Shown one piece after another: positions 54,858 through 63,479 of a stretch of 64,000 nt of DNA (its first letter is position 1; every line of letters starts with the position of its first letter). The DNA lies in the sequence record PV029745.1; one strand, written 5' to 3'. Made by a program: the position numbers and the translations under genes. Under the pieces are notes generated by a model, which saw only the letters and a program-made list of their open reading frames with translations, made no database searches and was not told the origin of the DNA.

Positions 54858-55465
54858 TAAGCCTCCAGTTTAGCAAATGCCTCGTCTAAGAAAATCTTGA
54901 ATACATCTCTTACTACCGGATGAGCTTTAGTCATTCGATTATAGAGGTCCAATTTCTCTTTGAGGAAGACGGGCGCAAACTTAGGAGCATCATCAACGAT
55001 GACATACACGTTGGTGAGAGATTCAATAAGTTTGCACGTCTGTGTAACGTCACAACATTCTTCTAATTGCCGATGATACGCATCGATTCGAACTTTCCGA
55101 GGAGCATCAAAATTCGGCTGCGTTAAACCTTGTACAAGTTTGGTGATATACGGCGTGAAATGAGTTAGAACGTCATCGAGAGTCCAGCTACTATCTTCGA
55201 CGATGTCATGTAACCACAAGGCAGCCTGTTCGCCAGGACCAAGTCCAAACATTTTACCGATGGATGCTGCATTGTGTAAATGTGTCCATACCGGTAGCCC
55301 AGAACCTTTACGTCGTTCACCAGAACCGATCGTATAACCTACACCAATAGCTGCTGCTAACTCTACTGTGTGATGCCCTTTCCATAGCGGAAGCACGTTC
55401 GCCGGGATGCGAGTATCCAAGATAGCTTTAACTTGCTGATATGCTTCTGCTACAATATCCATCAT
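54857..55465 (-). CDS. RelA/SpoT-type HD-domain protein (small alarmone hydrolase-like)
   Basis: RRKGSGLP..THL, ALWLHDIVED, CKLIESLTN. Confidence 0.8.
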   Translation of the reverse strand: MMDIVAEAYQQVKAILDTRIPANVLPLWKGHHTVELAAAIGVGYTIGSGERRKGSGLPVWTHLHNAASIGKMFGLGPGEQAALWLHDIVEDSSWTLDDVLTHFTPYITKLVQGLTQPNFDAPRKVRIDAYHRQLEECCDVTQTCKLIESLTNVYVIVDDAPKFAPVFLKEKLDLYNRMTKAHPVVRDVFKIFLDEAFAKLEA

Positions 55466-55488
55466 TTACTCCACGTTAAGCGTTAGTA

Positions 55489-55974
55489 CTATTGAGGAAA
55501 AAGGATCTTCTCGTTAGGATCAACAAAGAATCCACAATTAACGAGAATTACGTCCATCCAAGTTTTAGTTTGGAGAATACCCGTTTCATATGCATCTTCA
55601 AGATCGATTAGATCAAGCGGATCGAATGAACCATAATAGATCGGACCATCTTCAATCTGCAATTGATAGAATCGAAGTTTGGACATATCCTCTTCGTCTA
55701 GGGTATCATCGAGGTCTTCGTCGTCATCATCCTCATCGTCCACACCGCTCATTAAATCAAGCACGTGTTCACGATAAAGGAATTGTTGACCACTTTCAAC
55801 TGTGAACCAATGTTTCTTATCTTTAATTGGAATCCGGCGCTTAAATTGAGGCTCGGCAAAGAATGCCCTATATTCCTCTTCAAGCTCGTCCGCTCTACCG
55901 CATGCCATGGTAGAAGAACGGATGGCTGTAAGTACAACCGACTCCAAAATAGGATGTAGTTCTATCATTGACAC
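55489..55974 (-). CDS. Acidic hypothetical protein
   Basis: GTG start, AGGAGG SD; DDEDDDDED tract. Confidence 0.7.
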   Translation of the reverse strand: MSMIELHPILESVVLTAIRSSTMACGRADELEEEYRAFFAEPQFKRRIPIKDKKHWFTVESGQQFLYREHVLDLMSGVDDEDDDDEDLDDTLDEEDMSKLRFYQLQIEDGPIYYGSFDPLDLIDLEDAYETGILQTKTWMDVILVNCGFFVDPNEKILFPQ

Positions 55975-56051
55975 CTCCTAGTAATGAGTTCATGATCATC
56001 TACATGATGTAGATCTGAGATAATCTTTAACGGTAAAGAAAAAGATAGAGT

Positions 56052-56073
56052 GCCCTCTCCCGAAGGAGAGGGC
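56052..56073 (-). terminator. Intrinsic terminator with UUCG loop
   Basis: Exact copy of 21781-21802. Confidence 0.8.
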
Positions 56074-56083
56074 TTTATGCACC

Positions 56084-56476
56084 TTAAGCTTTTAATGCAT
56101 CGCAGTTCTGGGCTACGTAGCGAAGCACTTCATGAAGAAGACTTCTCATCCAACCCTCGGAGCGACTTCCTTGACGATATTTCTTAAAGATCGTCAAATG
56201 GTTCATGCAGTCTATGTCGAATTCATATTCGATCCAAGATGTCTCTTTGTCACGAGTTGCCGTGATATGGACGATGAAACGTTCTGGTGCTTCAGATTTC
56301 CAATCAATCCTCACATCAACCGAGTGGTTATCTGGACCAGTGATGTTGTTGAGGATATATGGAAGCTTCTCTGGTGTAACTTTATCGAGAATGAACCTGA
56401 ACAATGCCATTGAGATTGCATCGTGTTCAAGGATATAAAGTTCATTACGACGAAGGCGATGGAATTCTTGATCCAT
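56084..56476 (-). CDS. Hypothetical early protein
   Basis: AAGGA SD. Confidence 0.7.
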   Translation of the reverse strand: MDQEFHRLRRNELYILEHDAISMALFRFILDKVTPEKLPYILNNITGPDNHSVDVRIDWKSEAPERFIVHITATRDKETSWIEYEFDIDCMNHLTIFKKYRQGSRSEGWMRSLLHEVLRYVAQNCDALKA

Positions 56477-56486
56477 TACTTTTTCC

Positions 56487-56825
56487 TTATCGAGTTACAT
56501 ACTCGGCCCATTTCACAAGAACCTGCGCACAGTCACGGTATAGCTCAGCAGATTCGATACAACCGCGACTAGCGTAGTCATTAATTATTACGCCACCGTC
56601 ATGAACGGTCACATCGAAGTGAAGGATACCAGGACCGGTACCTACGGCGATTGTCCAGGTTTTTACTTCCGGATCAAAACTGGTATCACCGATTATCACC
56701 TGTGTCCCATCGCAGAAATGTACATGCTCTTTATCCAAGCAACTTGGATGCGACATGACCGTATCGGTGACAACCATGACTATTGTTTTCTTCCACAGCT
56801 CTTGATAACGCTTATCGGTATCCAT
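56487..56825 (-). CDS. Hypothetical early protein
   Basis: AAGGA SD. Confidence 0.7.
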   Translation of the reverse strand: MDTDKRYQELWKKTIVMVVTDTVMSHPSCLDKEHVHFCDGTQVIIGDTSFDPEVKTWTIAVGTGPGILHFDVTVHDGGVIINDYASRGCIESAELYRDCAQVLVKWAEYVTR

Positions 56826-56861
56826 AAATTAAATCCTTGCAATGTGGGTTAGAAGAAACAG

Positions 56862-57266
56862 TTAGACTTTAGTTTTAACCGTGATAGGTTTACCGTATTG
56901 ATCGAAGTTAGAGGAACAGTATGCAACTGCCTCTGTAAACAAACTGTTCACTTCTTCCATATCCGAAATGATGTCATCAGAAACTGTACCTCCAACTAGT
57001 TGGAAGTCAATGCCACCAGGGACGCCATAGCTATATTCCTGTACGACGTTCCACAGACGATCAGATACCTTTACTTCAGCAATGACATAGCTCAGGCGAC
57101 GATCAACGGAGCGATGATGGAAGGTAACAGTAGCGTCACCAACCTCAACAGTGGGGAGGGCATTAGCAGCTTCACGACGGAAAGCGTTATTATAGTAAAC
57201 GAATACAGCTTCTGCAATGCGTTGCAGAATGGTGATATGTACGCTGGTTTGGATTTCGGTGTTCAT
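56862..57266 (-). CDS. Hypothetical early protein
   Basis: GAGGA SD; first gene after the promoter at 57339. Confidence 0.72.
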   Translation of the reverse strand: MNTEIQTSVHITILQRIAEAVFVYYNNAFRREAANALPTVEVGDATVTFHHRSVDRRLSYVIAEVKVSDRLWNVVQEYSYGVPGGIDFQLVGGTVSDDIISDMEEVNSLFTEAVAYCSSNFDQYGKPITVKTKV

Positions 57267-57338
57267 GGAACATTCCTCTATGGACTATCGATGATCTTCT
57301 TTACGTATTTGAATGATATCTTTACGAATATCAAATTG

Positions 57339-57370
57339 GTAATATAGGTTTTTAATGTATTTAAATGCAA
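57339..57370 (-). promoter_or_regulatory. phiKZ-type early promoter
   Basis: GTAATATAGGTTTTTAATGTATTTAAAT matches the 46099/46149 extended motif. Confidence 0.72.
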
Positions 57371-57411
57371 AAAAAAGAAAAGAACAAAGGGGAGCCGAAG
57401 CTCCCCGTGAT

Positions 57412-57972
57412 TCAGATGGAGCGACGCAGAATCGGATCGAGACTCTGGGTAGATTCCAGGAACACCGAACGCAGATCGATACCCCAACGACTAATGGCTT
57501 CAGCCGCAGCAGGCCAATGCTCTGTACCAAGAGGACACTCGATGGCGAAACGAGGACCATCGATATCACGTAGAGTGAACTTGTTAGCATCAACCAGTTT
57601 TAGGTGTTCTACCAGAATGTGGTAAATGGCGCTACACAGAATTGATTTACCACGATGAGTACCACCAAGAACAGCAATGCGGAGTTCTTTACTCCAAAGT
57701 GGGTTAATTGCATTATTCACCGGTGGAGACACTTTGGTTCCACATGGATGAATAGCATGTTCACTGACAGTGAGATGATACTTGTCTTCTTTGAACTTAC
57801 CCAAGATTACAGCGGGATCGAGATTATCATAGTCTTCACGACCGGTGTGCATTACTTCGTGGTTAAGACCAAGAGATGTCAACCCATTAGAAAGCACATT
57901 GCGAATAGCCAGGCTGGTAGCAGGGTCATCGGTCATAACGAGGATTTGATTACGGATACTGTTGGATTGCAT
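57412..57972 (-). CDS. Hypothetical protein with a P-loop-like motif
   Basis: IAVLGGTHRGKS (GxxxxGKS); start chosen from AAGGA SD. Confidence 0.6.
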   Translation of the reverse strand: MQSNSIRNQILVMTDDPATSLAIRNVLSNGLTSLGLNHEVMHTGREDYDNLDPAVILGKFKEDKYHLTVSEHAIHPCGTKVSPPVNNAINPLWSKELRIAVLGGTHRGKSILCSAIYHILVEHLKLVDANKFTLRDIDGPRFAIECPLGTEHWPAAAEAISRWGIDLRSVFLESTQSLDPILRRSI

Positions 57973-57973
57973 T

Positions 57974-58441
57974 TTATTTTCCTTCAAGTTCTTTTTCGAT
58001 GGCGATGTAGATTTCTTTGATTTCTGAGAAGGGAGGATAAACAATTTCTGCCCTTCTATTCCAAACCCATCTGTAATAAGATTCGATATGGAATAGATCT
58101 GTTCGGTAAACATACTCATCTACACCGACTCCATTCCAATTAGGAGAGTCGATCCAAATACGACAAATATCGAACAGCCAATCGAGTTCGGTTTGAATTT
58201 CTTTTTGAATAGCTTCTTTATCTTCTTCAACCATTACTCTGTAAAGTTGAACGAGATAATGACTATTGTTCCAGATGAGAGGAGCTCTGGTTACGTTTTT
58301 ATAAAAATAGCGTACCTTTCTGACAAACTCTTTTTTGAATTGCTCGAATTCAGTACGTGGAAGTTTTATCGCCTGATTCAAATAAATGAAGCGGAGATAC
58401 ACTTCGTATAGATCTATGTTGATTTTATTTTTTGCTGACAT
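57974..58441 (-). CDS. Hypothetical protein
   Basis: TAAAATG coupling to the next gene. Confidence 0.7.
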   Translation of the reverse strand: MSAKNKINIDLYEVYLRFIYLNQAIKLPRTEFEQFKKEFVRKVRYFYKNVTRAPLIWNNSHYLVQLYRVMVEEDKEAIQKEIQTELDWLFDICRIWIDSPNWNGVGVDEYVYRTDLFHIESYYRWVWNRRAEIVYPPFSEIKEIYIAIEKELEGK

Positions 58442-58543
58442 CGGAATACCCTAATCGATATAAAGCCCAGCTAACGCCGGGCTTATATGACGTTAAGAGA
58501 AGATGTAGTCTTCCCAAGAATCAGAAACCTTCATAATCGTCTC

Positions 58544-58855
58544 TCATAGAGCTTTCCTAATGCGAATAGAAAGAGTACTACCATCGTCACCTTTGAACTT
58601 AAACAGAGCTGTACCAGGTTGAAGAATCGAAGGTACAACGGTGACTGTCCATGTACGCGCTTTCTTACGACTGCGTACATAATCATTGATAGCTTCACTC
58701 AACTGTTCAGTCCAGTGATACTTTTCGAAATGTGCAATTACCTGGAGAATATACTCCTTATCTCCAACAAAAGTAGCTCGATCTTTTAGATAGTTGGGGA
58801 AACCAACAGTGGCGATAGCATGCAGTCGTTGACAAGCAGAAAGGAGCAGACTCAT
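58544..58855 (-). CDS. Hypothetical protein
   Basis: GAGG SD, ATGA overlap. Confidence 0.68.
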   Translation of the reverse strand: MSLLLSACQRLHAIATVGFPNYLKDRATFVGDKEYILQVIAHFEKYHWTEQLSEAINDYVRSRKKARTWTVTVVPSILQPGTALFKFKGDDGSTLSIRIRKAL

Positions 58856-59223
58856 AATGACCTCGTTAAGTAAGCGCTAATGATTTCGATACCAATCCAA
58901 CATCCAGAGAGAAAGGCGATGCAGAACCATGTCCACGGCGATATACCGTCAAACAGATTGAATCGTTCTCTGGGTACAAACTTGACACCAGATTTCTTCT
59001 CATTCCAATCTATGTCTATCGTCGAATAGACTGGATCGACACTCACTGGAATTGGTTCTTTCAATGGAGGTGGGACAGGAACTAACGATTCGATGTCGCG
59101 ATAAATATCACGGACGTCCGTAGCATTCATTCGCGGCTTCGATGGTTTCCTTGTAGTAGTCGGGGTTTCCCATGATCGCCTTATATGGTTCCTTGACGTA
59201 CGCGACGTAGTATTCTTCCTCAT
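58852..59223 (-). CDS. Hypothetical protein with C-terminal TM
   Basis: WTWFCIAFLSGCWIGIEII; start uncertain because of overlap with the upstream ORF. Confidence 0.55.
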   Translation of the reverse strand: MRKNTTSRTSRNHIRRSWETPTTTRKPSKPRMNATDVRDIYRDIESLVPVPPPLKEPIPVSVDPVYSTIDIDWNEKKSGVKFVPRERFNLFDGISPWTWFCIAFLSGCWIGIEIISAYLTRSL

Positions 59224-59677
59224 AAGCTATCCTCGTATTAATATCGCCATTAAGAAGACGATAAGGTTGCGCACCGATCTTCTCTGCAAAGGCTCTAACC
59301 CGAGCGACAGTTATTGGGTAAGCATCTAGACGCTTTTTATCAAGAGTATACAGGACACTGATATCGTAATTGAAGAAGCTGTTATTTAGACTAACCCCTT
59401 GTTCAATTGCTTTATCATAAGCTGTCTCAAGATAGTCCAGCTTATTGTTTACAACACGCATCCATTGATCAATACGGAAATCAGATTCTGCAATGAGCCG
59501 AGGGGTTCTTTCGATGCTCCCCTTCGACTCAAATGTGATAGAATGACTTTCCAACCATTTCTTTGCATCGGGAAGACGATCTGAAATAACTTGTGGACCG
59601 AGAGCAGAGGTCGTACAAAATTCAGAAATGAATTCGTCAAGCAGACCTTTTTGTGTCAGTTGTTCAAGAATTTTCAT
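59108..59677 (-). CDS. Hypothetical protein
   Basis: ATGA overlap. Confidence 0.72.
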   Translation of the reverse strand: MKILEQLTQKGLLDEFISEFCTTSALGPQVISDRLPDAKKWLESHSITFESKGSIERTPRLIAESDFRIDQWMRVVNNKLDYLETAYDKAIEQGVSLNNSFFNYDISVLYTLDKKRLDAYPITVARVRAFAEKIGAQPYRLLNGDINTRIAYEEEYYVAYVKEPYKAIMGNPDYYKETIEAANECYGRP

Positions 59678-60231
59678 TTAAACCGTTCCAGGAAAGTCCA
59701 ACGTTCATACGCGCTATACACACGAAGACCAGGATTAGTAACCAGTTCCAGTTGTCCACCTTCTACATAGGGGCGCATCGCAATTTCGAAATTCTCTTCG
59801 CCGCCACAGTTAAGATCTACGTCAGATTCGAACTTAAAGTCTTCTTTAACAATGGCAATGACCATGTTATTTTTAAGATCGCTACCACTATAAACAGGGC
59901 GAGGGAAAAGAACAATCATTTCACCGGCTTTATAGTCAATCTTACCAGCAGTCATGGTTTCAAACAGAACTTCAGTTCGATCCTTCAGATCTTCCAGCGT
60001 AGTCGGCAGATTTTTACCACGAAGGAATTTCAATCCGAGATCATGACGGTAGACAGTAACTACGTCAGGATTAAAATCGAGTTCTTCTGGAGTGGCATCT
60101 TCATAGCAGAGACGTTTAAAGTCTTCAGTAAGACCACACTTACGGACGATGTCAAAAACGTCAGTCGGTTGTAGGGGAGTCTCTTTACGAGGTTCCAGCG
60201 GAGATACAGTCAAATCGATTTCTTGAGACAT
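59674..60231 (-). CDS. Hypothetical protein
   Basis: AGGA SD. Confidence 0.72.
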   Translation of the reverse strand: MSQEIDLTVSPLEPRKETPLQPTDVFDIVRKCGLTEDFKRLCYEDATPEELDFNPDVVTVYRHDLGLKFLRGKNLPTTLEDLKDRTEVLFETMTAGKIDYKAGEMIVLFPRPVYSGSDLKNNMVIAIVKEDFKFESDVDLNCGGEENFEIAMRPYVEGGQLELVTNPGLRVYSAYERWTFLERFK

Positions 60232-60283
60232 TTTCGTTTCCTGTTTATAGTTAATAACACATTATCAGTTAACTCGGTATTTT

Positions 60284-60733
60284 CTAATTCCGAGAAAAAA
60301 GTTCACGCCAGCTTCGTTTCCATTTGTAGTTAGGTGAGTATATACTACAGAAACCTTCATCTGCCATGAAGATTGGATTAACTCGTTCAACGATTTTTAC
60401 AATTGCGTGAGGGCTATCAGAATTAGCTAGAATACATTCTCTAGCCTCTTTCGTGTAAGTACCCCAATCATCAATGTAACCTTCCTTCAGCTGATCAACT
60501 CGACCAATCCAACACCGAGGTATAAACAGACAACGGAACCAACCCACGAATAGAATATGGATCAACCACATTGACAGAAGGAGAGAACAGAAATATAACG
60601 CTGTAAAGAACGTGTGTCCATCAGATGCATTAGCTGTGGTGAGTTCTTGCCAACCACGTTTAATCCAACTAATGGGATTCCACCAAACAATTTCTGTTTT
60701 AGGTTGACTAGCGTAACGGTAAAATATTGACAT
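60284..60733 (-). CDS. Membrane protein
   Basis: Central long hydrophobic segment. Confidence 0.68.
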   Translation of the reverse strand: MSIFYRYASQPKTEIVWWNPISWIKRGWQELTTANASDGHTFFTALYFCSLLLSMWLIHILFVGWFRCLFIPRCWIGRVDQLKEGYIDDWGTYTKEARECILANSDSPHAIVKIVERVNPIFMADEGFCSIYSPNYKWKRSWRELFSRN

Positions 60734-60735
60734 GT

Positions 60736-61017
60736 TTATCCCTCTACGTCAAGAATAGTTTCCCAGGTTTTGTCCGTCTGAAGCTGGATCTTTATTTGAT
60801 TGACATACATCTGATCCGAGTATTGGCGGAATATCGTCATCCGGATTTTCTGCCATAGTGGCATATAACGACGATAGCTGATGGTGAAGCGTTGATTTGG
60901 GTCATACGCTTCAATAGCTTTCCTGATTGTCTCAGCAAAGAAAGCAAACGAATATACATTGTTGTTATACAGCAATGCAGTTATGGTTTTATTAGAGCCG
61001 ACGAGGTTTACCTTCAT
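60736..61017 (-). CDS. Hypothetical protein
   Basis: Co-oriented, overlaps the upstream gene end. Confidence 0.6.
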   Translation of the reverse strand: MKVNLVGSNKTITALLYNNNVYSFAFFAETIRKAIEAYDPNQRFTISYRRYMPLWQKIRMTIFRQYSDQMYVNQIKIQLQTDKTWETILDVEG

Positions 61018-61378
61018 GGAAGATGTCCATTACGTCAATGGTGGTACTATACTCAACACGAGCATACCCAGGTTCTTCAAAGATAACAATATTGAATCCA
61101 TCGTCACGCCAGATAAACTTAAAGTAGTTGCGAACAACACTGATGAGATCTTCTTGGAACTCTGGAAGATTATGTTCGGCCCGGATAAATCGACAAAGTT
61201 TCCAAATGGCGTTATCGAACTTATAGTAGACGCGTCGCCCTTCTTCACCCATTTCTTCAGATAGGATACCAACTGTCTGAAGAATAGGAGAGAGAACCTT
61301 ATCGGTCTTCCAGTTCAATATCAGGTATAGTTCTTCACTATCCAAATTACGAGTCAGGAATTTTAGAGCTTGTGACAT
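60992..61378 (-). CDS. Hypothetical protein
   Basis: AAGGTG SD. Confidence 0.7.
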   Translation of the reverse strand: MSQALKFLTRNLDSEELYLILNWKTDKVLSPILQTVGILSEEMGEEGRRVYYKFDNAIWKLCRFIRAEHNLPEFQEDLISVVRNYFKFIWRDDGFNIVIFEEPGYARVEYSTTIDVMDIFHEGKPRRL

Positions 61379-61431
61379 ATATTCACCTTCTTGACAAAAA
61401 TAAAAAGGGAGCTAGAGCTCCCTTTATGTCG

Positions 61432-62826
61432 TTATACAGCGTCTTCTTTAGCGGCTGCTTTCTCTTCTTCTTTCTCTTTCTTCAAGAGATAATTAGTCGA
61501 AATGGCTTTCCACGACAGTACACGTTGGTTGGACTTAAATACCAGACCTTCCCGGTATCCACGCTTGTTCTTAAATGCAGATGGACCTTCAGCCATAGCG
61601 AGAACATCTTTAACAGACATTTCCTTAGAAGGTTTCCAGCACGGGTCAAGCACGGGAACATAATTCAGACCAAGGTCTTTTACAACAGCTCGTGCTTCGG
61701 CCGGCAGGAGTTCACGATTACCATCCTCATACACGTTGAAGATGTAATAATCGTAATCAGCCACTTCTTCAAAGTTATCTTGAATAGATGGTCCAATCAG
61801 TTCCCCTTGTACAGAAATGAAGCGACCGGTGTTCTTGTGGAACTTGAGAAGACGTTCGATGATCTGTTGTTGGTTAGTTACACGTACGAAGTTATTGTCT
61901 TCGATAGCGGTACCTTTCGTCCAAAGGGGCAGAATAATACCATTACGAAGTTTACCTTCTGGAGTAACCCAGGTCTTCTTACGGAACAGATTACGGTTAC
62001 GGATAAGGAAGTTACCAACCCAATACCGAAGCTGCTGGATGAATCCCCACTTCTCGCCACCCATTCCGAGTTCGTAGTTCCGCGAACAAACGCCAGTACG
62101 AATGCCTTTGTCATCGACACAGAATACGGTCATGGAGCTACCATCCAGCTTATAGGTAACTTCCATGTCATCACCGTCTTCTTTCAGGTTATAAAACGCA
62201 ACGGTCTTATTCTGAATGCGGTCTTGATCGGACTTAGTTAGCATCTCAGGCCACGGTTTCAGAGCGCCACCCAGATTACCAATCAGCTTGGCACCAAGCT
62301 TAACGATCCACGGAGCGTTACGTGCTGCATGAGCCTTCGATACCATCGGAGGAGCAGACTCGTACTTAAGGATACCCAGCTTCAGGGTCAGGTTAGTATC
62401 AACGGGTTCATCTTTGAACTCATCGGGAATCGGAACCAGTAGTCCTTGAGAGAGCTCTTTACGAAGCTTGATAGTTTTCAAACGATGATAGTTTTTACCG
62501 TCTACACGCCGATTGTCGGACCGACGGCTCTCAAGAAAACCGAAGAGCTTAACGTTATCCAGAGGAAGAAGAGAATCAATCTCGCAGTAAATAGCGCGAT
62601 CACCTTTCTTATATTCGCCCATCTTTACACAAAGTTGCCAACCACCAACAATAGCCAATTCCAGAGCATCGGCATTAGGGTGTTTCACAACATCATCGAT
62701 CTCAACAATGCGTGCAAGCTTACGAGTTTCTTCTACTACACCAAAACCTTCGCGGATCGGTTTCAATTCATCCATTTCAATCGTCATTTTATTTACCTTT
62801 ATCAGTGATGGTTGTGCGAACGTCAT
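61432..62826 (-). CDS. RNA ligase (Rnl2 / DRB0094-like) with N-terminal OB-like tRNA-binding domain
   Basis: KHPNADALE...CEIDS N-domain; TYKLDGSS (motif I), GELIG, REGLVFK, SWKAIS. Start may be 62787. Confidence 0.9.
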   Translation of the reverse strand: MTFAQPSLIKVNKMTIEMDELKPIREGFGVVEETRKLARIVEIDDVVKHPNADALELAIVGGWQLCVKMGEYKKGDRAIYCEIDSLLPLDNVKLFGFLESRRSDNRRVDGKNYHRLKTIKLRKELSQGLLVPIPDEFKDEPVDTNLTLKLGILKYESAPPMVSKAHAARNAPWIVKLGAKLIGNLGGALKPWPEMLTKSDQDRIQNKTVAFYNLKEDGDDMEVTYKLDGSSMTVFCVDDKGIRTGVCSRNYELGMGGEKWGFIQQLRYWVGNFLIRNRNLFRKKTWVTPEGKLRNGIILPLWTKGTAIEDNNFVRVTNQQQIIERLLKFHKNTGRFISVQGELIGPSIQDNFEEVADYDYYIFNVYEDGNRELLPAEARAVVKDLGLNYVPVLDPCWKPSKEMSVKDVLAMAEGPSAFKNKRGYREGLVFKSNQRVLSWKAISTNYLLKKEKEEEKAAAKEDAV

Positions 62827-62995
62827 TACGGAACCGCCGCACTATTTCGAGTATTTCTTTTTGATCTACATAACGAATGTCTGTCAGTTCAATTTCACGA
62901 CAAGCCAATGAAATTTCAGCTTCAATCTGATCTGACAACGTTCGACGTAAACCATCTATCGTTACTTTACCCGGTGGCGGCGGCGCTGCGATCAT
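62789..62995 (-). CDS. Small hypothetical protein
   Basis: ATGA overlap. Confidence 0.55.
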   Translation of the reverse strand: MIAAPPPPGKVTIDGLRRTLSDQIEAEISLACREIELTDIRYVDQKEILEIVRRFRNDVRTTITDKGK

Positions 62996-63390
62996 GTATT
63001 CACACCCCAGTTATAATCATAGAAGGTTTCAACGAAAGACTTACCAGGTAGTTCTTGTACGACCTGCTCTGTGCTATTTACCAAGGTTACAGCTTGCTCA
63101 AATGGGACAGGATGCCCACTTACCGGCGAGATGATCTTGTAACCATTCTCGCGTAGGTGATCAACGAAGTTCACCATACCAGTTTCAAGACCGACATTAT
63201 AAATATCGTTCTCCTGGTTGGTAGTGATTTCATAAGTCTTTCCAGCAGGGATATCGACAATGGGAGTACGGTCGTCACTGGTACGTGCTACGTCGCCCAT
63301 GGTACGACTTACAGTCCAGCAGAACTCATTGAGAACTGGGTTCGATTCTTGCCATTCTTTCTTTTCATCTAAACGGTCTTTATTCGACAT
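62992..63390 (-). CDS. Hypothetical early protein
   Basis: Start chosen from GAGG SD, after the promoter at 63420. Confidence 0.68.
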   Translation of the reverse strand: MSNKDRLDEKKEWQESNPVLNEFCWTVSRTMGDVARTSDDRTPIVDIPAGKTYEITTNQENDIYNVGLETGMVNFVDHLRENGYKIISPVSGHPVPFEQAVTLVNSTEQVVQELPGKSFVETFYDYNWGVNT

Positions 63391-63419
63391 TGCAGTTACC
63401 TCGTTGTGGATACAAAAGA

Positions 63420-63445
63420 GTAATATAGATTTGAAATCTTTTTTA
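63420..63445 (-). promoter_or_regulatory. phiKZ-type early promoter
   Basis: Minus strand AAAAAAGATTTCAAATCTATATTAC. Confidence 0.62.
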
Positions 63446-63479
63446 TGACATAAAGGGGAGCCGAAGCTCCCCATGTCTA

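Noticed and set aside
21781-57407. CRISPR-like or mini-array reading of the repeated CTCTCCCGAAGGAGAG palindromes
   Set aside because: Copies are kilobases apart, sit at gene ends and have no spacer periodicity; they are terminators. No cas genes were seen.
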